From the NCBI GenBank assembly GCA_003222295.1, contig QHVP01000062.1, forward strand, positions 1-32,838: a stretch of 32,838 nucleotides of DNA, given 5' to 3'. Position numbers and translations under genes: made by a program. Source of the DNA: Acidobacteriota bacterium (GTDB lineage Bacteria > Acidobacteriota > Vicinamibacteria > Fen-336). Positions 25,217 through 32,838 of this stretch are shown one piece after another. The first letter of the stretch is position 1. Each line of letters starts with the position of its first letter. The notes under the pieces were generated by a model. It saw only the letters and a list, made by a program, of their open reading frames with translations, did no database searches and was not told the DNA's origin.

Positions 25217-28200
25217 ATGCCTCCATCCCGTCTCGCCCTCCGATCGTTCGTGGTCGCGGCCGTCGCCGTGGGCCTGATGCTGGCGCCGTCGCCGGCGGAC
25301 GCCCAGTACTTCGGCCAGAACAAGGTCCAGTACAAGGACTTCGACTTCCGGGTCATGAAGACGCGGCACTTCGACATCTACTACTACCCGGAGGAGGAGG
25401 CCGCCGTCGCGGACGCGTCGAAGATGGCGGAGCGCTGGTACACGCGCCTGAGCCGCGTGCTCAGTCATCAGTTCGGGCAGCGCCAGCCCATCATCCTGTA
25501 CGCCAGCCATACCCATTTCGAGCAGACCAACGTCCTGTCCGGCTTCATCGGCGAGGGGACGGGAGGTGTCACCGAGCTGATGAAGCGCCGGGTCGTGCTG
25601 CCCATGGCGGGGCCGATCGCGGAGACCGACCACGTGCTGGGCCACGAGCTGGTGCACGCCTTCCAGTTCGACATGACGGGGGGCGCCGGTCCGCTCAGCA
25701 GCGGGAACGTGCCTTCCGCCGTCCAGCTTCCCCTCTGGTTCATCGAGGGCATGGCCGAGTACCTCTCGCTGGGCGCCGTCGATCCCCACACCGCGATGTG
25801 GATGCGTGACTCCGTCGAGCGCAACAAGATGCCGCGCGTCGATCAGCTCGACAGCCCCGAGTACTTCCCCTATCGCTTCGGCCAGGCGCTGTGGGCCTAC
25901 GTGGCCGGGCGCTGGGGGGACGAGGTCTGCGCCCGCGCGCTGCGGGCGTCCGTGCGTGGCAACACGGATGCGCAGCGGATCCTGGAGGGCATCACCGGCC
26001 TGCCCTCCAAGGAGCTGTCCAAGCAGTGGCACGAGGCCTTGCAGGCCCAGTACCGGCCGCTCATCGAGGCCAAGCGGACGCCGCTCACCTACGGCCCGGC
26101 CGTGATCACGGAGAAGAACGCGGGCGAGCTCAACGTTGCGCCGGTGCTGAGCCCCGACGGCAACTCCCTGGCCTTCTTCTCGGAGAAGGACCTCTTCTCG
26201 ATCGACCTCTACCTGGCCGACGCGCGCACGGGGCAGATCCGCCGCAAGCTCGTGAAGACGGCGACCGACCCGCATTTCCAGAGCCTGCAATTCATCAACT
26301 CCGCGGGCAGCTTCGACGCCAGCGGGCGGCGGTTCGTCTTCGGCGCGGTCGAGGCGGGCAAGGCGGCCCTCAACGTGCGCGACGCCAGCGGCGGGCACGT
26401 CCACGACTACAAGATCCCGGAGGTGGACGAGATCTTCGATCCCAGCTTCTCGCCCGACGGCCGGCAGGTGGTGTTCTCCGCCCAGACGGGCGGGGTGACC
26501 GACCTGTTCGTCTACGACCTCGAGGCGAGCCGGCTCCGCCGCCTCACCCATGACGCGTACGCGGACCTGCAGCCGTCGTGGTCACCGGACGGACGGAGCA
26601 TCGTGTTCTCGACCGACCGCTTCTCGACCAACCTCGAGACCCTCGGCGCCGGCAACTACCGCCTGGGCCTCATCGATCCCGACGGCTCCGGGATCCGTCC
26701 GCTGCCCAGCTTCGAGGACGTGAAGAACATCAACCCCAAGTGGTCGGCGGACGGGGCCAGCGTCTTCTTCATCTCCGACCGCAACGGGATCAGCAACGTC
26801 TACCGGCTCGACGTGGCCAGCGGGCAGGCCTCGCAGGTCACGGACCTCCTCACCGGCGCCAGCGGGATCACCGCGCTCAGCCCGGCCCTCTCCGTCGCGC
26901 GCGATCGTCTCGTCTACAGCGTCTACGAGAAGGGCCAGAACCGGATCTACGCGATCGAGGGAGCGCGCATGGCGGGGACGGCCCTGAGCGACGCCAGCGA
27001 TCGCGCCCGCGCGGCCATGCTGCCGCCGCGCGAGCGGCCGGGGGCTGAGGTGGCGGCTCTTCACCGCGAGCCGACCTTCGGCCTGCCCGCGAACCAGAAG
27101 GTCGAGACGGAGGCCTACAAGCCAAAGCTCTCGCTCGACTACGTGGGCCAGACCTCGATAGGCGTCGGGACCGGCCCCACGGGAACCTTCGTGGGCGGCG
27201 GCGTATCGTTCCAGTTCAGCGACATCCTGGGCGAGCACAACGTGGGCGCCGTGCTGCAGGTGAACGGCCGCTTCGAGGACTTCGGCGGCATCATCGGCTA
27301 CGAGAACCGGAAGCATCGATGGTCCTGGGGCGCGCAGATCGACCAGATCCCCTACGTGACCGGGTCCTTCTCCACCGGGCAGGACCCGAGCGGCGCCATC
27401 ATCGAACAGTCCGAGCTGTTCCGGGAGACGGACCGCGCGCTGCAGACCTACATCGCCTATCCCTTCAGCCGCGCGTCGCGCTTCGAGCTGGGGGCGGCGG
27501 CGCGCCACATCTCGTTCGGCCGCGAGATCGAGACCCTGGCCTTCGACCCCTTCAGCGGCCAGCTCCTCGCGCAGGACCGGCAGAAGGAGCCCGCTCCCTC
27601 CGGCATCGGGTTCGGGGAGGGAAGTGCCGCGCTCGTGTACGACACCGCGCTCTTCGGGCCGACCAGCCCCATCCTGGGCCAGCGCTACCGGTTCGAGGTG
27701 TTGCCGACCTTCGGCGGCCTGAAGTACACGGGCGTCCTGGCCGACTATCGCCGGTACGTCATGCCCGTCCGGCCCATCACCCTGGCCGGACGGGTGATCC
27801 ATTACGCGCGCTATGGCAGCGGCGGCGAGGACAACCGCATCACGCCGCTCTTCATCGGCTATCCGAACCTGGTGCGCGGCTACGACGTCAACTCCTTCAG
27901 CGCGAGCGAGTGCGGCAGCAACGCGACCACCTGCCCCGTCTTCGATCAGCTCGTGGGAAGCCGCATCGGGGTGGCGAATCTGGAGCTGCGCCTCCCTTTG
28001 CTGGGACTCTTCAATCGGCGCAACCTCTACGGTCCGATCCCCATCGAGCTGATCGGCTTCTCGGATTGGGGCGTGGCCTGGACGGCGAGCGAGAAAGCGA
28101 AGTTCCTGGCCCGCGCAGGCACCCGCCGCATCGTGAAGAGCTATGGCGGGGGCGCGCGCATCAACGTCCTCGGATTCGCGGTGGTCGAGATCGACTACGT

Positions 28201-28264
28201 GAGGCCGGTGGACCGGCCCCAGAAGGGCTGGACCTGGGTGTTCAATTTCAGCCCCGGCTTCTGA
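25217..28264 (+). CDS. Exported zincin peptidase-like + PD40/TolB beta-propeller + Omp85/BamA barrel fusion protein
   Basis: Signal peptide then QYFGQNKVQY; HELVH...WFIEGMAEY; repeats PVLSPDG, PSFSPDG, PSWSPDG, PKWSADG; VRGY; terminal WVFNFSPGF. Confidence 0.88.
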   Translation: MPPSRLALRSFVVAAVAVGLMLAPSPADAQYFGQNKVQYKDFDFRVMKTRHFDIYYYPEEEAAVADASKMAERWYTRLSRVLSHQFGQRQPIILYASHTHFEQTNVLSGFIGEGTGGVTELMKRRVVLPMAGPIAETDHVLGHELVHAFQFDMTGGAGPLSSGNVPSAVQLPLWFIEGMAEYLSLGAVDPHTAMWMRDSVERNKMPRVDQLDSPEYFPYRFGQALWAYVAGRWGDEVCARALRASVRGNTDAQRILEGITGLPSKELSKQWHEALQAQYRPLIEAKRTPLTYGPAVITEKNAGELNVAPVLSPDGNSLAFFSEKDLFSIDLYLADARTGQIRRKLVKTATDPHFQSLQFINSAGSFDASGRRFVFGAVEAGKAALNVRDASGGHVHDYKIPEVDEIFDPSFSPDGRQVVFSAQTGGVTDLFVYDLEASRLRRLTHDAYADLQPSWSPDGRSIVFSTDRFSTNLETLGAGNYRLGLIDPDGSGIRPLPSFEDVKNINPKWSADGASVFFISDRNGISNVYRLDVASGQASQVTDLLTGASGITALSPALSVARDRLVYSVYEKGQNRIYAIEGARMAGTALSDASDRARAAMLPPRERPGAEVAALHREPTFGLPANQKVETEAYKPKLSLDYVGQTSIGVGTGPTGTFVGGGVSFQFSDILGEHNVGAVLQVNGRFEDFGGIIGYENRKHRWSWGAQIDQIPYVTGSFSTGQDPSGAIIEQSELFRETDRALQTYIAYPFSRASRFELGAAARHISFGREIETLAFDPFSGQLLAQDRQKEPAPSGIGFGEGSAALVYDTALFGPTSPILGQRYRFEVLPTFGGLKYTGVLADYRRYVMPVRPITLAGRVIHYARYGSGGEDNRITPLFIGYPNLVRGYDVNSFSASECGSNATTCPVFDQLVGSRIGVANLELRLPLLGLFNRRNLYGPIPIELIGFSDWGVAWTASEKAKFLARAGTRRIVKSYGGGARINVLGFAVVEIDYVRPVDRPQKGWTWVFNFSPGF

Positions 28265-28316
28265 TACCTTTGAACCGGTCCCTCGGGCCGCGCGGTAGAG
28301 AGCGGAGGAACAGGCC

Positions 28317-28763
28317 ATGATCCGGACGTGCGCAAGCTGCGGCACCAGGAACCGCATTCCCCCCGAGCACCTGGCCGACACCGGCCGCTGCGGCTCGTGC
28401 AAGGCCCCCCTGCCGCCGGTCAGCGAGCCCATCGACGCGGACGCGGCGCTCTTCGACGAAATCACGGGCAAGGCGGCGGTGCCGGTGCTGGTCGATTTCT
28501 GGGCGGCCTGGTGTGGCCCCTGTCGCATGGCCGCCCCCGAGGTCCATCGCACGGCGACGGACATGGCGGGCAAGGCCGTCGTGTTGAAGGTGGACACCGA
28601 CAAGCATCCGGAGCTGGCCCAGCGCTACGGCGTGCGCGGCATCCCGAACTTCCTCGTCATGAAGGACGGGCAGGTGGTGCGCCAGCAGCCCGGCTACGTG
28701 CCCCACACGCAGCTCGTGAGCTGGCTGGGCGAGGCCGTGGGCGCGACGGCCGCGAAGGCCTGA
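28317..28763 (+). CDS. trxC: Thioredoxin 2 with N-terminal zinc finger
   Basis: CASC..NRIP...CGSC and VDFWAAWCGPC; cis-Pro loop GIP. Confidence 0.93.
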   Translation: MIRTCASCGTRNRIPPEHLADTGRCGSCKAPLPPVSEPIDADAALFDEITGKAAVPVLVDFWAAWCGPCRMAAPEVHRTATDMAGKAVVLKVDTDKHPELAQRYGVRGIPNFLVMKDGQVVRQQPGYVPHTQLVSWLGEAVGATAAKA

Positions 28764-28775
28764 CCTTCGCGCCGA

Positions 28776-29273
28776 TCACGCCTTCGCGATCCGGGCGATG
28801 GCGGCGGCCAGGTCGTCGGAGCGCTGGGAGCCGATCAGCACCCGTTTCCCGTTGGCCAGCGTGATCTCCACGCCGCGATTGCCGCTCACGTTGTAGGCGC
28901 GGCCGCGGGGGCCGAACCTGACGCCCCAACCCCCGTATTCCCGGATGGGCCGATACGTGCGCGCCTCCCAGCGGGCGATCTGCGCGGGCGCGATCGTGCG
29001 GTTGGCGAACGGAAGCATGCGGATGCGGACTCCGGCGTGCTGCACGGTCACGTGCAGCTCGAGGAAGAGCAGGACGGCCACCAGGACCGCGGGGAGGAAC
29101 ATCATCAGTTGACGGTCCGCCGGAAGGTGGCTCCTGAAGTCCTGCCAGACGAAGAGCGTCACCAGGAGGAGCAGGCCCAGGAGCACGAAGCCCAGGATCC
29201 GGTTCACGAAGCGCTGGCGCTCCTCGAACAGGACCGGTCCCGTAGCGCCGGCTCCGCTCAACTCGCCCTCCAC
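28776..29273 (-). CDS. Two-TM membrane protein with PH-like C-terminal domain (DUF6141-like)
   Basis: LFEERQRF, two TM helices, YRPIREYGGWGVR, AYNVSGNRGV and LIGSQR. Confidence 0.75.
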   Translation of the reverse strand: MEGELSGAGATGPVLFEERQRFVNRILGFVLLGLLLLVTLFVWQDFRSHLPADRQLMMFLPAVLVAVLLFLELHVTVQHAGVRIRMLPFANRTIAPAQIARWEARTYRPIREYGGWGVRFGPRGRAYNVSGNRGVEITLANGKRVLIGSQRSDDLAAAIARIAKA

Positions 29274-29277
29274 CGCC

Positions 29278-29730
29278 TCAGTTCGCGCGGGCCTTCAGCA
29301 TGCCCGGCGAGTTCCACCGCATGACGTGATACACCGCGGGCACGTCGCCCACGTTGCGCATGCCGTGCATCTGGTTCGCGGCCTGGAAGATCACGGAGCC
29401 GGCGCCGACCCGCTTGGTCTCCCCGTTCACGAGGGCCTCGACCGTCCCCTCCTTGATGATGACGATCTCCTCGTCCGCGTGCTTGTGGGGCGGATGAGGC
29501 GACTGGCCGGGGGGCAGGGTGGACACGTGCAGCTCGAGCTCATCGAGGGTTGCGGTGGGATCCTTGAACACCTGCTTGGCCTTCGTGACGCCGGTCCCCG
29601 ACGGCTTGGCCTGGATCTCCTCCCACGAGACGGCGGTCGATCCCATGACGGCGGCGGCGGAGTGTCCCGGCGCCGAGGCGAGGACGCCGATGACCATGCC
29701 GGCGAAGAGAGCCAGAAAAACCTTGCGCAT
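29278..29730 (-). CDS. Exported cupin-domain protein
   Basis: AGGAGG RBS, ATG at 29730, signal peptide; PHPPHKHADEE and HGMRNVG. Confidence 0.88.
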   Translation of the reverse strand: MRKVFLALFAGMVIGVLASAPGHSAAAVMGSTAVSWEEIQAKPSGTGVTKAKQVFKDPTATLDELELHVSTLPPGQSPHPPHKHADEEIVIIKEGTVEALVNGETKRVGAGSVIFQAANQMHGMRNVGDVPAVYHVMRWNSPGMLKARAN

Positions 29731-29809
29731 GCGCGACCTCCTGGACAATGAAGATGCGCGATCCTATCGCACCCAACACGGGGCCGCTCGTTCGCTATAG
29801 TGGGCGTCC

Positions 29810-31237
29810 ATGCTCAGCGGCCCGCGCGGCGTCGTGCCTCGATGGTGGGAAGGCCCAGGCGGCGGCCGCGACGTCCTGGCCCTGGCCTATCCGCTCATCC
29901 TGGCGCACATGTCGTTCACCGTTCAGACCTTCGTCGACCGCTTGTTCCTGACCTGGTACTCGGCGGAAGCGGTGGCGGGCGCGGTGACCGGCCTCTTCAC
30001 GACGCTGGCGGTGATGGCGCTGTTCTCCGGCACCGGCGAGTACCTGACGACCTTCATCGCGCAGTACCTGGGTGCCGGCCGCCCGCTGCGCATCGGTCCC
30101 GTGATGTGGCAGGGCTTCTACTTCGCGCTCGGCGCGGGCGTGATGATCGCCGCCGTCTCGCCCCTGGTCGGGCCCGTCTTCGCGCTGGCCGGGCACGATC
30201 CGGCCGTCCAGCGCAGCGAGGTCACGTTCGCGACCATCCTCATGCGCGGCGCCTTCCCGGTGGTGCTGATGGCCACCCTCGCCACTTTCTTCGCCGGGCG
30301 CGGCCAGACGCGGGTCGTGCTCGCCGTGAACGTCATCTCCACCGCCGCCGACATCGTGCTCGACGCCCTCTGGATCTTCGGCCGCGGGGGCTTCCCGCGC
30401 TGGGGCGTGGCGGGGGCGGCCTGGGCCACCGTCGTCGCGCAGGCCCTGGGCGCGACCATCTTCGCGGTCCTGATCCTGCGGCCTTCCTGCCGCCGCGCCT
30501 ATGCCACCCTGTCCGGCTGGCGCTTCGATCCCGCCCTGTTCCGGCGCCTGCTGCGCTACGGCTTGCCCAGCGGCCTGCAGTACTCGCTCGAGATCCTGGC
30601 CTTCGCCATCTTCATGATGATCGTGGGCCGCATCGGCACCGCGCCTCTCGCCGCCAGCGGTATCACCTTCAACCTCAACATGATCGTGTTCATGCCGATG
30701 CTGGGGCTGGGGGTGGCGGTGAGCGCCCTGGTAGGCCGGTACCTCGGGGCCGATCAGCCCGACGTCGCGGAGCGCGCCACCTGGTCCGCCTTCTGGATGA
30801 GCCTCGTCTACATGACCGCCTGCGGGGCGTTATACCTCCTCGCCCCGCACGCCCTGCTCTTTCCCTACGCGGCCGGCTCCGATCCGGTGGTGTTCACCGA
30901 GATCGAGAGGATCTCCGTGGTGCTGCTGCGCTTCGTGGCCCTGTACTCGTTGTTCGACATGATGAACGTGATCTTCGCGGCCGCCCTGCGCGGCGCGGGG
31001 GACACGTTCTACACGCTGGCCCTGACCGTGGTCCTCTCCTGGGCGGCCATGCTGGCCCCGGCGTATCTCGTCTGCGTCGTGGGCGGAGGCGGCGTCTACG
31101 CCGGCTGGATGACGGCCAGCGCGTACATCGTGCTCCTCGGCATACTGATGATGAGGCGGTTCCGCGCCGGACGTTGGCGAGCGCTCCGGGTGATCGAGCC
31201 GCGCCTTCCCGACCTCGAGATCGCGGCCGCCGGCTGA
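29810..31237 (+). CDS. MATE-family efflux transporter
   Basis: LAYPLIL...FVDRLF, FFAGRGQTR, GVAGAAWAT, YGLPSG and ALRGAGDT; about 12 TM. TATAGT lies 8 nt before the ATG. Confidence 0.93.
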   Translation: MLSGPRGVVPRWWEGPGGGRDVLALAYPLILAHMSFTVQTFVDRLFLTWYSAEAVAGAVTGLFTTLAVMALFSGTGEYLTTFIAQYLGAGRPLRIGPVMWQGFYFALGAGVMIAAVSPLVGPVFALAGHDPAVQRSEVTFATILMRGAFPVVLMATLATFFAGRGQTRVVLAVNVISTAADIVLDALWIFGRGGFPRWGVAGAAWATVVAQALGATIFAVLILRPSCRRAYATLSGWRFDPALFRRLLRYGLPSGLQYSLEILAFAIFMMIVGRIGTAPLAASGITFNLNMIVFMPMLGLGVAVSALVGRYLGADQPDVAERATWSAFWMSLVYMTACGALYLLAPHALLFPYAAGSDPVVFTEIERISVVLLRFVALYSLFDMMNVIFAAALRGAGDTFYTLALTVVLSWAAMLAPAYLVCVVGGGGVYAGWMTASAYIVLLGILMMRRFRAGRWRALRVIEPRLPDLEIAAAG

Positions 31238-31241
31238 GGCC

Positions 31242-32588
31242 TCAGCGCAGCCGCGCGCTGGCGAAGAGCCAATACGAGAGCGGACGCCGCCCGTACTCGT
31301 TGGCCAGGAACTCCGGCAGGAGGGCGATCGCGCCCGAAGCGCCCACCCCCCAGCTCACGCGCCCGGGAACGGGAAGCGCGTATCGGTAGCCGGCCTGGAC
31401 CTCGGCCAGCGGGAACACGCGGACGTGGAACGGATCGTATGAAGGAAATAGCTCGTCCTTCTCCGCGCGCTCCGCGCGAAGGAAGGCCCCGTGGCGCGCC
31501 CCCAGGCGGACGCTCGCCTCCGCCAGCACCGCGTCCGAGACGCGCGAGGGCGCGAACGGGGGGCTCGCGGCCGCGCAGGAGGCCACCCGCGCGGCCGCCG
31601 TCGCCGTGACCGCCAGCGGGCAGCTCGTGGGCAGGTCCGCGCTCCGCACGTTGCGGCCCCAGGCGAGCGTGGCCTGCGTCCGGAGCCGGCCCGTGCCCGC
31701 GAAGCTCACGGAGGCGGTGTACCGGCGCACGTCGATCGTCGGATGGAGGATCTCCGGCCCCCGGAGCTCGGCCGCGCTGGCTTGCGCGGAGAGCCATGGC
31801 CGCGGGTTCACGGACAGGCGCGCGGAGTGTGAGTCGAAGCGGGGCCGTTCGAGGTTCCAGCGCGCCGCGTCCGGCTCGTGGCCGTTGAAGGCGGAGGCCT
31901 CGAGCTTCGCCGGCCCCCAGACGAGGCCCGCCGTGGCCACCCCGAACGAGATGTGCGTGGAGTCCAGCCAATGATGGCTCAGCGGCGCCACCGGCACTTC
32001 CGCCGCGGAGGCGCGGTGCATGAAGGCCGCGGGCCCCACCGCGGGCTCGCCCGGGCACCCGAGATAGGCGAACGCGCTCGCCCGCGTTCCCAGCGGGTGC
32101 GCGTAGATGGCGGCCAGCTCCATCGCGAGGTCGTGCGGGTGCTGGTGGTCCACGAGGTGCGTGCGGCCGTCGGCCGTCTCGCCCGTCTGCAGGAGGAGCC
32201 GATATCCTTTTGGCCCCATCAGGGGCTCCAGGCTGCCCATCGCCCGCAGCGTGAGCATCCCGCCGCCCAGCCTGCGGCTGGCCGCGGCCATGGCCATGTT
32301 CGTGCTGAATCCCTGCCTGCCGCCGCGGGGCCCGCCCTGGTCCGTGAAGACCGCGAACAGGCCGGCGTGGACCATCACGCGCCAGGCGCCCGGGAAGGCG
32401 TGCAGCCCGGGCATCTCCGCCGCCTCCGGCTGCCAGCTCGTGCCCGAGGCGTCGCGGTCCATCGCGTAGTTGCCGAGGACCCCGGCGTGGTCCGGCCCCT
32501 CCGCGGCGCCCGCCCGGGCGGGGGAGGCGAGGAGGAGGCTGGCGAGGGCGAGGGCGGCCCGAACAACCAGGGCGCCGGGGGCAGGCAT
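31242..32588 (-). CDS. Exported hypothetical protein, probable outer-membrane beta-barrel with His/Met motifs
   Basis: Signal peptide from ATG 32588; DASGTSWQP, LLLQTGET, DHQHPHDLAMEL, GEPAVGPAAFMHRAS, HHWLDSTHI; alternating beta-strand pattern. Confidence 0.7.
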   Translation of the reverse strand: MPAPGALVVRAALALASLLLASPARAGAAEGPDHAGVLGNYAMDRDASGTSWQPEAAEMPGLHAFPGAWRVMVHAGLFAVFTDQGGPRGGRQGFSTNMAMAAASRRLGGGMLTLRAMGSLEPLMGPKGYRLLLQTGETADGRTHLVDHQHPHDLAMELAAIYAHPLGTRASAFAYLGCPGEPAVGPAAFMHRASAAEVPVAPLSHHWLDSTHISFGVATAGLVWGPAKLEASAFNGHEPDAARWNLERPRFDSHSARLSVNPRPWLSAQASAAELRGPEILHPTIDVRRYTASVSFAGTGRLRTQATLAWGRNVRSADLPTSCPLAVTATAAARVASCAAASPPFAPSRVSDAVLAEASVRLGARHGAFLRAERAEKDELFPSYDPFHVRVFPLAEVQAGYRYALPVPGRVSWGVGASGAIALLPEFLANEYGRRPLSYWLFASARLR

Positions 32589-32622
32589 GCCCGGGAAGGA
32601 TGCCACGAAGTCCGCCCTCCCG

Positions 32623-32649
32623 AAACTACTTGACAGAGTCAAGTAGTTT
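32623..32649. promoter_or_regulatory. Perfect 12-3-12 inverted repeat, probable MarR-family operator overlapping a TTGACA -35 box
   Basis: AAACTACTTGAC-AGA-GTCAAGTAGTTT between the divergent genes. Confidence 0.85.
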
Positions 32650-32669
32650 GGCGCAGACTCCGGCCGAGC

Positions 32670-32838
32670 ATGGGGGAGAAGGCACGGGTCGACGCCGTGC
32701 GGCACTTCAACCGCGACTACACGCGGCGCATCGGCGTCCTGCGCGAGGGGCTGCTCGGCAGTCCCTTCTCCCTCACCCAGGCCCGCGTGCTCTACGAGCT
32801 CGCGCACCGCGAGCCGCCGACGGCCACCGCGCTCGGCC
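32670..32838 (+). CDS. MarR-family HTH regulator, probably a MarR-GNAT fusion (truncated by the window end)
   Basis: [41 protein letters not shown] is the characteristic N-terminus of bifunctional MarR/GNAT proteins. Confidence 0.85.
   Translation, partial: MGEKARVDAVRHFNRDYTRRIGVLREGLLGSPFSLTQARVLYELAHREPPTATALG

Noticed and set aside
1-32838. tRNA, rRNA, integrase, transposase, cas or known anti-phage defence genes
   Set aside because: None recognisable by eye. A tRNAscan/Rfam/DefenseFinder run would be needed to exclude divergent cases.

Overview
A GC-rich bacterial chromosomal segment. The gene content and style suggest an Acidobacteriota (Vicinamibacteria)- or Myxococcota-like soil organism, but this is inference. 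It holds about 30 genes: the 3' part of a rhamnulokinase, two different Omp85/BamA-barrel fusion proteins, a P-loop kinase, a TauE permease, two paralogous TPR+cNMP-binding proteins bracketing a ligD-dmpA pair, a small stress-type cluster with two sigma-54 promoters, an mlaEFD operon, an A/T-richer two-gene island, a broken alpha/beta hydrolase, an HNH nuclease gene, two convergent GT-C-type membrane glycosyltransferases, trxC, a cupin, a MATE exporter, an exported His/Met-motif protein and the start of a MarR(-GNAT) regulator with a perfect operator palindrome. Four signals are not explained by the gene calls. (1) The HNH gene is bracketed by two direct copies of a 20-bp imperfect palindrome, a candidate mobile element with no transposase. 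(2) A 30-bp hairpin element is inserted twice in frame into the rhamnulokinase and once in an intergenic region, with fixed arms and a variable 7-nt core. (3) An attC-like fold lies directly after the island gene. (4) A kinase-like domain is fused to an Omp85 barrel. Several frameshifts/deletions may be sequencing or assembly errors. All family calls come from reading motifs by eye; no database search was run.
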